Shown: positions 39,258-48,306 of the stretch, in pieces
How positions within the stretch are numbered: the first letter of the stretch is position 1
Layout: each line of letters begins with the position of its first letter
Source of the DNA: Oscillospiraceae bacterium
GTDB taxonomy: Bacteria > Bacillota > Clostridia > Oscillospirales > Ruminococcaceae
Reading direction: 5' to 3'
Assembly (NCBI GenBank): GCA_014799385.1
Contig: JAAVIC010000006.1
Span: 52,037 to 116,036, forward strand
Length of the DNA stretch: 64,000 nt
The notes under the pieces: generated by a model
Told to the model about the DNA's origin: nothing
The model's database searches: none
Seen by the model: only the letters and a program-made list of their open reading frames with translations
Translations under genes and position numbers: made by a program

Positions 39258-39484
39258 ATGTATACCACCCCCGAAACAGTTGAAAGTTTACATTTGACAG
39301 TTTTGCGCTTTCCATCAATCATTTGATTTTGCGTAACAAAGGTCTTAGTTTTATTATATCATACATTCCGCAAAATGTCAAGTATCACGAAAAAAATGCT
39401 TGTAAAATTTACAAATATGTGCTATAATATAGGCTAGAGGATAAGATGTAAGAATAAGATTTGGAAGTTATAACTAAAACAACA

Positions 39485-39698
39485 AATCGGTGACTTGTGA
39501 ATAGAGCGTTCAATTTCAAAGCCACCTACCGGCTGCGCGGGTATAGAGCGTTTAATTCCAAAGCCACTTACCGGCGACTCGTGCAAATTCGGCAAGCCGC
39601 CGCGGAAGCGGAACGAAGTGGAGCTTTCGCGGCGAGGCTAGCGCAAACGAAGCGCAGCGGAGTTTGTGCGGTGCCGAATTTGCTATTCAAATAAGGAG
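39485..39698 (+). repeat. Modular leader repeat, copy 7, with two 42-bp-period direct repeats
   Basis: ATAGAGCGTT(C/T)AATT(T/C)CAAAGCCAC(C/T)TACCGG at 39501 and 39543, then hairpin ending GAATTTGCTATTCAAATAAGGAG. Confidence 0.78.
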
Positions 39699-39703
39699 AT
39701 AAG

Positions 39704-40177
39704 ATGAACACTAAGACAGCTAACACAAAAACTATCGCCGAAAATCGACAGGTTCGGCATGAATATTTTATTATGGAGAGTATCGAGGCGGGGATTGAAC
39801 TGTTCGGTACGGAGGTGAAGTCGATTCGCGCGGGCGGAGTGAACCTCAAAGACAGTTGGATCTCTATTGATAACGGCGAGGCTTTCATTCGCGGAATGCA
39901 CATCGCGCCTTACGAAAAAGGGAATATCTTTAATCGCGACCCTTATCGTGTTCGGCGGCTGCTGATGCACAAAAAGGAGATTCTGCGGCTGTTCGGACAG
40001 GTGAAACAGGGCGGCTACACGCTGATTCCCGTGTCGATGTATTTTAAGGACAGCCGTGTAAAGATCCAGGTGGGGCTGTGCAAGGGCAAAAAGCTCCACG
40101 ATAAGCGCGCGGACGCCGCAAAGCGCGATGCGGGTCGTGAAATCGAGAGAGCAATGAAGGAGAGAAACGCAAGATGA
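39704..40177 (+). CDS. smpB: SsrA-binding protein
   Basis: EAGIELFGTEVKSIR, RRLLMHKKEI and KGKKLHDKR motifs. Confidence 0.97.
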   Translation: MNTKTANTKTIAENRQVRHEYFIMESIEAGIELFGTEVKSIRAGGVNLKDSWISIDNGEAFIRGMHIAPYEKGNIFNRDPYRVRRLLMHKKEILRLFGQVKQGGYTLIPVSMYFKDSRVKIQVGLCKGKKLHDKRADAAKRDAGREIERAMKERNAR

Positions 40178-40812
40178 GGAAAATATTGGCAATGTTTGCG
40201 GTTTTGGCGGTGATTGCGCTGTCCGCTTGCAACGGGAAATCCAATGTGAGCGACAGCAATTCTACGACTGTTAATGAAAGTTCAACGGTCGTCAGCGAGA
40301 GTTCCGCAGCTGACAACGAGAGCTCAACCACGGTGAATGATTCCGCTCCAATCAATCCGCTGCATCGGGATGATGATTACACAAGCACTGTTTCGGACTT
40401 TACAGTCGAATTTGATGACGGCGAGGCGGAAATCGTGCGCTACAACGGCACGGGCGGAGATGTTGTTATCCCGGCGGAAATCAATGGAATGCGCGTTGCC
40501 GAGATTGAATCACGTGCGTTTGAGAACTGCGTTGGGCTTACGGGCATTACGATTCCCGGCAGCGTGGAGAGTATCGGCGAAGATGCGTTCGCGAACTGCG
40601 TGAATCTGTCCTCCGTAACGATTGAAAACGGTGTGCGTGAAATTGATGAGTACGCGTTTTCGGGTTGTACCGCCCTGACGCGGCTTGACATTCCCGAGTC
40701 TGTTGTGGAAATCGAGCGTTTTGCGTTCAGCGGCTGCTTGAATCTCACCGTAACATATCACGGGAGAACTTATGCGGGGGAGGATATTTTCCGTATATAT
40801 AATGAGAGTTGA
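40174..40812 (+). CDS. Lipoprotein with BspA-type leucine-rich repeats
   Basis: Lipobox ALSAC; S/T-rich linker; IPGSVESIGEDAFANCVNLSSVTI repeats. Confidence 0.85.
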   Translation: MRKILAMFAVLAVIALSACNGKSNVSDSNSTTVNESSTVVSESSAADNESSTTVNDSAPINPLHRDDDYTSTVSDFTVEFDDGEAEIVRYNGTGGDVVIPAEINGMRVAEIESRAFENCVGLTGITIPGSVESIGEDAFANCVNLSSVTIENGVREIDEYAFSGCTALTRLDIPESVVEIERFAFSGCLNLTVTYHGRTYAGEDIFRIYNES

Positions 40813-40960
40813 CATAATTCACAGAAAATCGGATTTAAGATTGTATATTAACTTGCGGTTCTCCCATATTCAGACACGGAGAACCGCATTATAAAATGCA
40901 TTTTGTACAAGATGTACAAAAATTTGAACAAAAAAGCTTTGTTTTTGTTTGCTTTGTATC

Positions 40961-40989
40961 TTGCAAAACATAATACATTGTGGTAGAAT
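40961..40989 (+). promoter_or_regulatory. Candidate promoter of the padR operon
   Basis: TTGCAA-N17-TAGAAT with TG extension. Confidence 0.55.
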
Positions 40990-41084
40990 AAGTATAGGCA
41001 AGAAAATGCATATTTTTTGAATCGCCTATAATGCAAGACAAAGTACCTTAGCAGTTGGAAATTGTTGGAATTTATAAGATTTGG

Positions 41085-41312
41085 AGCGTATATCTAAAAC
41101 CGCTTACCGGGTTGCAAATTTAACGCGGTATAGTTCAAAGCAAGTTGTTGGTGATTCGTGCATAGCGCATTATATTACAACGACAAGTTGTCGGAGTGAA
41201 GTGCAAATCCAAAACGCGAGCGGCGCACATCACCGCAAAGCGGTGATGTGGGTCGCTCGGCGAGTGCACACCGCAGGTGTGCACGGTTTTGAATTTGCTA
41301 TTTAGATAAGGG
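41085..41312 (+). repeat. Modular leader repeat, copy 8 (three ~42-bp units plus hairpin)
   Basis: ...GGTGATTCGTGC / ...GGAGTGAAGTGC units, GCAAATCCAAAA...TTTTGAATTTGCTATTTAGATAAGGGG. Confidence 0.75.
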
Positions 41313-41321
41313 GTTGAGTTG

Positions 41322-41663
41322 ATGAATTCGCAATTGAAGAGAGGAACACTGGAGCTTTGCGCGCTGTCGGTGGTAAACCACGGCGATTGCTACGGATATG
41401 AGTTGGTAAACCGTATCTCCAGATGTATGACGATTACGGAGGGTACGATATATCCGTTGATGAAACGGCTGAAGGACGGCGGTTTGATTGAGAGCTACAT
41501 CGTGGAATCCCCCGAAGGACCGCCGCGTAAGTACTATAAGATTACAGAAACGGGGATCGTGGAGCTTAATCGTTTATCCGAGGAGTGGCGCGAGTTTTCG
41601 AGGAGTGTAAACGAGCTTCTGGAGGAGAATGATATAAGCAGCATAAAGGGGGAGTTAACCTAA
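41322..41663 (+). CDS. PadR family transcriptional regulator
   Basis: QLKRGTLELC, YGYEL, EGTIYPLMKRL and RKYYKIT motifs. Confidence 0.93.
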   Translation: MNSQLKRGTLELCALSVVNHGDCYGYELVNRISRCMTITEGTIYPLMKRLKDGGLIESYIVESPEGPPRKYYKITETGIVELNRLSEEWREFSRSVNELLEENDISSIKGELT

Positions 41664-42880
41664 TGGAAGCGAATAACAAACGTGAGTTTTTCCAATTACT
41701 GACAGCAGAGCTTAACCGTGTTGGAATTGATGATACCGCCGAGATCACGGCGGATTTTGAGGAGCATTTCGCCAACAGTGCGGCAAACGGACTTTCGGAG
41801 GCGGAGGCTTGTCATCGCCTTGGCGATATTAAGGAGATAGCGAGAAATTACCTGAATCTGGAAAGCTCGCGTATCAACAGTATGGTCGCACGCGATGTTG
41901 AGCGAAAGCGCATAAGTCTAACCAAGCCCGGGCGCAGTGTTCCGGCTGATTTGTCGCTGATGAACGCGCGTGACGCGTCAAATTCCGATAACGTGCGGTC
42001 GTATACTCCCGACCATATCTCCCAAGAAATTTATCCGAATCAGAACAACTCTGTTCCAAATTACGCGAATATTAATATGAACGGGGGATATAATTCCAAT
42101 CCGCAAAATGTAAATTTCATTGGACAATCCGCGAATACTAATAACGCAAACGGCGCGAGTACGAATCAGAACGCAGGAGCGGCAACGCAGAACGCGGCTA
42201 ATCAGTCGGTTGCGGACGCGCTGTCGGACGCGGGCAAGGCAATTGCGGACGCGGCAAAAGTTACGGGGCACGCAATCGCGGACGCGTTTTCCAACAGCGG
42301 CGTAAAGGACGCGGTGATCGGCGCGGGAAAATCTGCGGCAAACGCAGTAAAGACAGCGGGTCAATCGGCGGCAGACGCGGTCTCCAGAGCGAAATCCGAA
42401 CACGAGCAAAGGCATAATCAAAACCGTCAGGGCTATGGTGTTCCGCGCCCGAATGACGAATTTCGCGAGAACAATAACCAAAATCATACAGGCTCAATTC
42501 CTCAGCAGACGGGAAAGGCAAAGAATACCAAGGGCGGATTCAAATTCGTTGATGTTTCGATGTTAACCCCCAATGTCAATACCGGTAAGCTCGTCGGAGT
42601 GCTTTTATTGGACATCTTGGTGTGGTGGTGGGTGATTGCGTCGATGGCGGCAATAGTGCTTTCGCTTTTCGCGGCTGCGGCAAAATGTGTGTTCTGGGAA
42701 TCGTTCAAAGGCTTGTTCAGCGGATTCGATACGGTGTTCCCAACAAACTTGTTCCTGTTCACGGGATTTATCGCGCTGGGTATTGCGCTTGTGTGCATTG
42801 CCGTGTGGACTGCAAAACTGCTTGCGCGGCTGGTGATTTTCGTAATTAACTCGCATATCAGGGCGATTTACGACATATAA
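41663..42880 (+). CDS. DUF1700-type membrane protein with long low-complexity insert
   Basis: NKREFFQLL...DFEEHF...GLSEAEACHRLGDIKEIA N-terminal domain; C-terminal transmembrane helices; coupled to padR. Confidence 0.8.
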   Translation: MEANNKREFFQLLTAELNRVGIDDTAEITADFEEHFANSAANGLSEAEACHRLGDIKEIARNYLNLESSRINSMVARDVERKRISLTKPGRSVPADLSLMNARDASNSDNVRSYTPDHISQEIYPNQNNSVPNYANINMNGGYNSNPQNVNFIGQSANTNNANGASTNQNAGAATQNAANQSVADALSDAGKAIADAAKVTGHAIADAFSNSGVKDAVIGAGKSAANAVKTAGQSAADAVSRAKSEHEQRHNQNRQGYGVPRPNDEFRENNNQNHTGSIPQQTGKAKNTKGGFKFVDVSMLTPNVNTGKLVGVLLLDILVWWWVIASMAAIVLSLFAAAAKCVFWESFKGLFSGFDTVFPTNLFLFTGFIALGIALVCIAVWTAKLLARLVIFVINSHIRAIYDI

Positions 42881-42892
42881 GGGGGGAGAAAT

Positions 42893-44215
42893 GTGAGAAA
42901 ACTGTTTTTATTATCCGCAGTGATTTGCGCCGCGAGCTTTCTTATGGCGGCAATTACTTACGGGATCTGGGGTCCCGATAACCCACGTCACGGTGGCAGT
43001 GTCGGCGGCGTAACCTCGTATCAGAGTCGCGGGAGCATATTTAACGAAACCGTGAATCAAGACAAGGAATGGCATATCAACAACGAGTTTACGAATATCG
43101 AGGTGGATTCCGCAGCGGTAAAGACTTTGATCGTTCCTACCTCGGAGAACGAGATGATTCGTGTTTGCGCGCAAGTTCCTACGGGAAAGAGCATTACCGT
43201 AAGCGCAGAGTGGGAGGACGACAGCCTTTGCATCGCGGCACACCCGAAGAGCGTTTCGTTTGGCTTTAGTACCGGAGGTTACGATGGATTTGTGGGCTGG
43301 CTGGACGACATCTTCGGCGACAGCAACGGAATCGTCATTACCATTGAGATTCCCGAGAGGATTCTGAATACGTTCACGCTGAAACAAGGCTCGGGAACCA
43401 CGATAGTCCGCAACATAAACGCGGCGAATAACTATTTTGAAATCGGTTCGGGCACAATAAACTTCTACGGCAGCGGTCAATATCCGCAAAATTATTTCAA
43501 TCTTGATATTGGCAGCGGTAAGGCTTGCGTTACAAATATGTTGGCGGAGCATTACAACATTGATGTAGGCTCGGGTAAGTTTGTGGTAAGCGGTTTGAAG
43601 GGCTACGGAGAAATTGACTTCGGTTCCGGAAAGGGCAGTGTGTTCTACTCGGAACTTGGAGGAATGGAAAATTATTACGATCATAGTGTGGATATGGGTA
43701 GTGGTAATCTCGACTTGTATTTCCCGGAGGGTTATTCTGCATATGTGAATGCAAGTATTGGTTCGGGCTATGTAAATATTGACGCATTGGGGATCAAGCA
43801 AAAGCTTAAATTTGATACCAATGAGAGAGTGCTGATTGGAAGCTATTCTGATTCCACGTGCGAGTTGAATCTTGATATGGGGGCGGGCAGCGTAAACATT
43901 TATGACTCGACCGATGAAGCACTGAACAAATTGATTGAGGAGTATGCGGTTGATGAGCCGTCTCTTCCGCCGAAATCCGACAGCGACACGGCGGCTGTTG
44001 TGGATATTACTACTACTCCTTCATTTGTAGAATCATCCTCACTGTCGGAGGAGCAATCCACATCATTGGTAATTGGAGACGTCACGGTAACAAGCGGAGT
44101 TGTTGAGGAGTCTAATCCTCCCGAGGATACGGACGCGCCCAATCCCTCCGAAGCTCCCGAAGCGCCGAATCCCCCCGATGCTCCGAATCCGCCGGAGATA
44201 GAACAGGCGGCATAA
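42893..44215 (+). CDS. DUF4097 (adhesin-like beta-repeat) protein with acidic Pro-rich tail
   Basis: N-terminal transmembrane/signal helix; repeated (D/N)xGSG turns; GTG start with G-rich RBS. Confidence 0.78.
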   Translation: MRKLFLLSAVICAASFLMAAITYGIWGPDNPRHGGSVGGVTSYQSRGSIFNETVNQDKEWHINNEFTNIEVDSAAVKTLIVPTSENEMIRVCAQVPTGKSITVSAEWEDDSLCIAAHPKSVSFGFSTGGYDGFVGWLDDIFGDSNGIVITIEIPERILNTFTLKQGSGTTIVRNINAANNYFEIGSGTINFYGSGQYPQNYFNLDIGSGKACVTNMLAEHYNIDVGSGKFVVSGLKGYGEIDFGSGKGSVFYSELGGMENYYDHSVDMGSGNLDLYFPEGYSAYVNASIGSGYVNIDALGIKQKLKFDTNERVLIGSYSDSTCELNLDMGAGSVNIYDSTDEALNKLIEEYAVDEPSLPPKSDSDTAAVVDITTTPSFVESSSLSEEQSTSLVIGDVTVTSGVVEESNPPEDTDAPNPSEAPEAPNPPDAPNPPEIEQAA

Positions 44216-44322
44216 CACGATTAATCGCGGAAATCGGTTTTATCGCATAATATCACTTAATATCCGAACAACAGCAGCGTTCCGCTCCGATTTCCGCTTT
44301 TAATATTTTAAGAGGTAACTTT

Positions 44323-44463
44323 ATGAAATTTCATTTTTTTGGCTATCGGTTCAGATTTACTTCACCGAGCGGCTTTAGCTTCGCGGATTCCACGGAGCAC
44401 GAAATCAAGAGTTCAATCCGCATGAAAAGAATCTTCTTTCCGCGGTTGATAAGAAAAAAGTAA
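44323..44463 (+). CDS. Unannotated 46-aa basic, aromatic-rich small ORF
   Basis: AGAGGT RBS 7 nt before ATG; MKFHFFGYRFRFTSPSGFSFADSTEHEIKSSIRMKRIFFPRLIRKK. Confidence 0.45.
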   Translation: MKFHFFGYRFRFTSPSGFSFADSTEHEIKSSIRMKRIFFPRLIRKK

Positions 44464-44484
44464 CGCGTTGACAGTTATTTGGGT

Positions 44485-44573
44485 TATAACCTAAATCCAC
44501 TGTTTGGGGTGCAGGTTTAGCGCGTTATAAATAAAAACAAGTTTTTGGTGATTTGCCATTTCAAATAGGAGGT
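44485..44573 (+). repeat. Modular leader repeat, copy 9 (units only, hairpin absent)
   Basis: AGCGCGTTATAA...TTGGTGATTTGCCATTTCAAATAGGAGG. Confidence 0.6.
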
Positions 44574-44579
44574 ATTATT

Positions 44580-45452
44580 ATGGCTGACAAGCAAATTTAC
44601 AACTTCACAAATGAAATCGAAGAGGTGGAGGTTTCCTCTCTCGGAGCGAAAATCACGGTGCTCTCCACGGAGGATTCCACGATTACCGCAGAGTATCAAA
44701 ACCCTCTCGACAAGCCCGAATTTTGCGCAGTGTTGTGCGGAAAAAAGCTGACACTTAAGGAAAAGTGCACGTTTAACTTTTTCCGCTCAAAGGCTGAGGG
44801 TGAATATTCCATCACCGTGCGGCTTCCGAAAACGATGTATAAGAAAATCAAAATCAACACCGCAAGCGGCGGCGTTGAGCTTCCCGACGCGGCAGTGAAT
44901 GCCGAGCATTTCGAGCTGAACACCGCAAGCGGCGAAATCAACATCAATTCGGCATTTGTTCACGCGGCGATAAAGTCCGCGTCGGGCAATGTCAATGTCA
45001 TCGGTGTTGAGGGTTTAAGCCCCGCAGAGCTGAAAATTTCCACTGTTTCGGGCACGGTCAATGTACGGAATTACTCCGCAGAGAAGTACTCGATAAGCTC
45101 CGTTTCGGGCAAAACGAGTTACAGCGGCGCAACCGGAGAGGGCAATATCACCGTGACTTCGGGCAATGTTGAGATTACCTATGCGGAATGGAACAAGGAT
45201 TTGAAAATCAACGCGGTAAGCGGAAACGTCAACATCATTCTGCCCGATGACAGCGGCGCGGACGTTCGGTTTGACGGAGTTTCGGGAACAGTTAAGACCA
45301 ATCTCAACAACACGGACGGAGGCTTTATGAATCTTGGACGCGGCACAAACGGCGAGTTTGGCGGCTCTAACAAGCACAAGGTGAACATCAATCTCGTAAG
45401 CGGCAAGGTGACGCTTGCGAAGAACGGCTCTTTTGAAACCGTTAAGGAGTAA
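44580..45452 (+). CDS. Cytoplasmic DUF4097 family protein
   Basis: Repeated INTASG / ISTVSG / INAVSG beta-repeat motifs; AGGAGG RBS. Confidence 0.82.
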   Translation: MADKQIYNFTNEIEEVEVSSLGAKITVLSTEDSTITAEYQNPLDKPEFCAVLCGKKLTLKEKCTFNFFRSKAEGEYSITVRLPKTMYKKIKINTASGGVELPDAAVNAEHFELNTASGEININSAFVHAAIKSASGNVNVIGVEGLSPAELKISTVSGTVNVRNYSAEKYSISSVSGKTSYSGATGEGNITVTSGNVEITYAEWNKDLKINAVSGNVNIILPDDSGADVRFDGVSGTVKTNLNNTDGGFMNLGRGTNGEFGGSNKHKVNINLVSGKVTLAKNGSFETVKE

Positions 45453-45506
45453 GTTCCACGGCAATATCGGCGCATAACGCCACATACATGCGCCGTTTGC
45501 ATAAAG

Positions 45507-45533
45507 AAATTCCCCTCTGAAAAGAGGGGAATT
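45507..45533. terminator. Bidirectional terminator
   Basis: AAATTCCCCTCT-GAAA-AGAGGGGAATTT with A and T tails. Confidence 0.8.
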
Positions 45534-45537
45534 TTTA

Positions 45538-47943
45538 TTAGTACTTATTGGGATCCAATTTTACAGTGTAGTTCACAGGTTTCATTGTCGCCTTGGACAC
45601 CGCTGTTGTTGACGGAGCGGATACAAACAAATCCTCGTCATCGTCCGGGAGGGAGATTTTCGGCTTTGATGCCGAAGCGGCAGGTTTGCTCGGTTCCGCT
45701 TTCGGAACGGGCGCAGGTTTGGCTGTCGGCTTGGGAGTGGGTTTCGGCTCTGCCTTTGCTTTTTTCTCGTCATCGGGCATTACTATTGCTTTGGGAGCGG
45801 GTTTAGCTGCCGACTTAGGCGCGGGTTGTTTTGTTGCGGGCTTGGCAGCCTGTTTGGGCGGCTCTGATTTGGGCGCGGCAGCAACGGGTTTCTGTTCCGC
45901 CTTTGCGGGAGCGGGTTTTTCGTCATCGGGCATTGTTATTGCCTTGGGAGTAGGTTTCTTGTATTCAGCCTTGGCGATGGGTTTCGGTGATTCAGCTATC
46001 GGAGCTTCCGCCTTGGGAGCGGGATTCGGTTTCCGAACAGGCGCACTGCCGTCTACCACGAACTTGTCAACCGTTTCCTTAAGCATTGCGGACTGTTCGG
46101 CAAGCGTTTCGGAGGAACTTGCGCACTCACGCGAGGCATCGCTTACCTGAGCTACCGACACGGAGATTCCGTTCATGCGCTCCAGTACCGACTGAATCGA
46201 TTCAGCTTGTTTTACGGAAGCGTCCGCGATTTCGTTTACTACGTCCGCGGATTCTGCCGCCTTGCCGATGATCATCTCCAACATTTGAGCGGTTTCGTTG
46301 GCGATAACCGTGCCGTTTTTAACTGCCTTGACGGAGGTTTCTATAAGCCCCGTAGTGGATTTCGCTGCCTCGGCGGTTTTGTTGGCGAGGTTTCCGACCT
46401 CGCCCGCAACCACCGCGAAGCCCTTACCGGCAGCACCTGCGCGAGCAGCCTCAATGGATGCGTTCAGTGAGAGAATGTTCGTCTGGAACGAAATATCCTG
46501 AATGGTCTTGATGATGTTCGCAATCTCTGCGGACGTGGAGTTTATTTCCTCCATTGCCGCCAACATACGCTCCATCTTTTCGTTGCCTTCGTTTATCGCC
46601 TTGACCTCGGTTTCGGTCATTTCGCGCGCCACTGCCGCGTTTTCGGTACTCTTGGTAATCTGCTTGTAAACGTCGTTCAAGCTATCGTTCAACTCCTGAA
46701 CGGTTTGAGCTTGTTCGCTTGCCGCGCGGCTCAACATCGCGGAGTTTGCGGACATCTGCGCAGAACCGGCGCTTACCTCTTTGCCTGCGTTGTCAATGCT
46801 TATTACAACTTCTCTCATCGCGTTTACGATGCTTTCCAAAGCGTTCTTAACGGGCAGATAATCCCCGCTGTACTGCGCCTTGGGATTCACACGGAGATTC
46901 TGCGCCGCGATTTCCTCGGCGGTGTACTGAATATCTCCGATGATGTGGCGGTTGAACTCTGCCATGGCATTGACGGATTCCGCCAGCACGCCAAATTCGT
47001 CCTTGCTGCGGATATCAAGCGGCTCGCCGGACAGATTTCCGCGGCTGATTTCGATAATCTTTTCGCGAATCTTGTTCAGCGGGTTGATGAGGTGCTTCGA
47101 GAAATACAGATTTGCGGCAACGATTATTACCGCCATAATGAGTACTATAACGATATTGGAACAAAGCGAGACAATAACGCCATTGTAATATCCCGCCGAT
47201 TTCACGCTGATAAGCACGGTCCAACCCGGAAAGTCCTCTAAGCCGTATGCCGCGTAGCAGCTGCGGCTTTCGCCTTTTCCTTTGGGGCGGATGTCGGTGG
47301 TCTTAGTTCCCATGGACTGTACATAATCCGAGTACGAGATGCCTGCCGCGCCGGTCGCCGAAGTGGCGATCACCGCTCCGCTTTCGTTCAGCAGATATGT
47401 ATCCCACGGAACGGAAGTCAAGATTCCCGAAAGTTTATCGACACTCATTTCCGAGGCGAAGATACTTCCGCTTTGGGTCTTAACGGCAATCCAGAATGTG
47501 GAGTTTGCGTCTGCGGGAGTTGTAGTCACCACGGAGGCGCTTGCCAATGCGGATCTCACCGTCGAGGGCAGTTCACCGCCATAGGACTGCCCCGCCTCGT
47601 CCACATAGACGTTTTTAATAACGGTGCGGTCAAACATCGCGAGAGCCGCCGCGTGAGCCGCTTTTTCCTCCGCTGTGCCGTTTACGAACTCGTAATCGTG
47701 CGCGTGGTCGCTGATCAGGACTATCACGCTTTGCAATCCGTTTTCCACAATGGTCTGTGCACTGTCAACACTTTCGTTCAGCATAGTTTGCACGTTGTCT
47801 TGGGTGAATTGATACTGAATAGTCAAGCCCACCAAAACATTAATTACCAGACAGCTCAGCAATATTATGCTCATCAGCAGCACCTTTCCCTTTACGGAAT
47901 GCAGCAACTTCTGCTTCTGCGGCATATTCTGTTGAATCTCCAT
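45538..47943 (-). CDS. Methyl-accepting chemotaxis protein with long P/K/A-rich C-terminal tail
   Basis: Two transmembrane helices, HAMP domain, [40 protein letters not shown] hairpin tip. Confidence 0.93.
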   Translation of the reverse strand: MEIQQNMPQKQKLLHSVKGKVLLMSIILLSCLVINVLVGLTIQYQFTQDNVQTMLNESVDSAQTIVENGLQSVIVLISDHAHDYEFVNGTAEEKAAHAAALAMFDRTVIKNVYVDEAGQSYGGELPSTVRSALASASVVTTTPADANSTFWIAVKTQSGSIFASEMSVDKLSGILTSVPWDTYLLNESGAVIATSATGAAGISYSDYVQSMGTKTTDIRPKGKGESRSCYAAYGLEDFPGWTVLISVKSAGYYNGVIVSLCSNIVIVLIMAVIIVAANLYFSKHLINPLNKIREKIIEISRGNLSGEPLDIRSKDEFGVLAESVNAMAEFNRHIIGDIQYTAEEIAAQNLRVNPKAQYSGDYLPVKNALESIVNAMREVVISIDNAGKEVSAGSAQMSANSAMLSRAASEQAQTVQELNDSLNDVYKQITKSTENAAVAREMTETEVKAINEGNEKMERMLAAMEEINSTSAEIANIIKTIQDISFQTNILSLNASIEAARAGAAGKGFAVVAGEVGNLANKTAEAAKSTTGLIETSVKAVKNGTVIANETAQMLEMIIGKAAESADVVNEIADASVKQAESIQSVLERMNGISVSVAQVSDASRECASSSETLAEQSAMLKETVDKFVVDGSAPVRKPNPAPKAEAPIAESPKPIAKAEYKKPTPKAITMPDDEKPAPAKAEQKPVAAAPKSEPPKQAAKPATKQPAPKSAAKPAPKAIVMPDDEKKAKAEPKPTPKPTAKPAPVPKAEPSKPAASASKPKISLPDDDEDLFVSAPSTTAVSKATMKPVNYTVKLDPNKY

Positions 47944-47947
47944 AAAT

Positions 47948-48275
47948 CCTCCTTATTTAGATGGCAAATCCAAAACCGTGCACACCTGCGGTGTGCACTT
48001 GCCTGAGCGTCACGGTTCACGCTGCGCGTGCACCGTGACGCTCGCATTTTGAATTTGCATTATTTAGATGGCAAATCCAAAACTGCGCAAATGAAATCCG
48101 CTTTGCGAATTTCATTTGCGCTCGCCGAACGCCCCGCTACACTCCGCAATGCGGAGTGTGGTCGGGTCGCTCGCGTTTTGGATTTGCATTAATCACCAAT
48201 GGGTTGTGTTTGGTTATAACGCGCAAAATTCGCGTCCCAATGCGCGGTTTTAGAATTTACCGCTACATATAGCAT
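47948..48275 (-). repeat. Modular leader repeat, copy 10 (two full hairpin modules plus units)
   Basis: ATTTAGATGGCAAATCCAAAAC occurs at about 47955 and 48062; each module has nested GC hairpins. Confidence 0.8.
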
Positions 48276-48306
48276 ACCACATTTTTCACAAAATGTCAAG
48301 AGGGTT

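Noticed and set aside
39501-39584. Direct repeats as a possible mini-CRISPR
   Set aside because: Only two repeats, a 10-bp spacer and no cas genes; they are units of the modular leader repeat.
40174-40900. tmRNA (ssrA) near smpB
   Set aside because: No GGGG(A/C)TG...CCACCA tRNA-like ends found; an LRR lipoprotein gene follows smpB instead.
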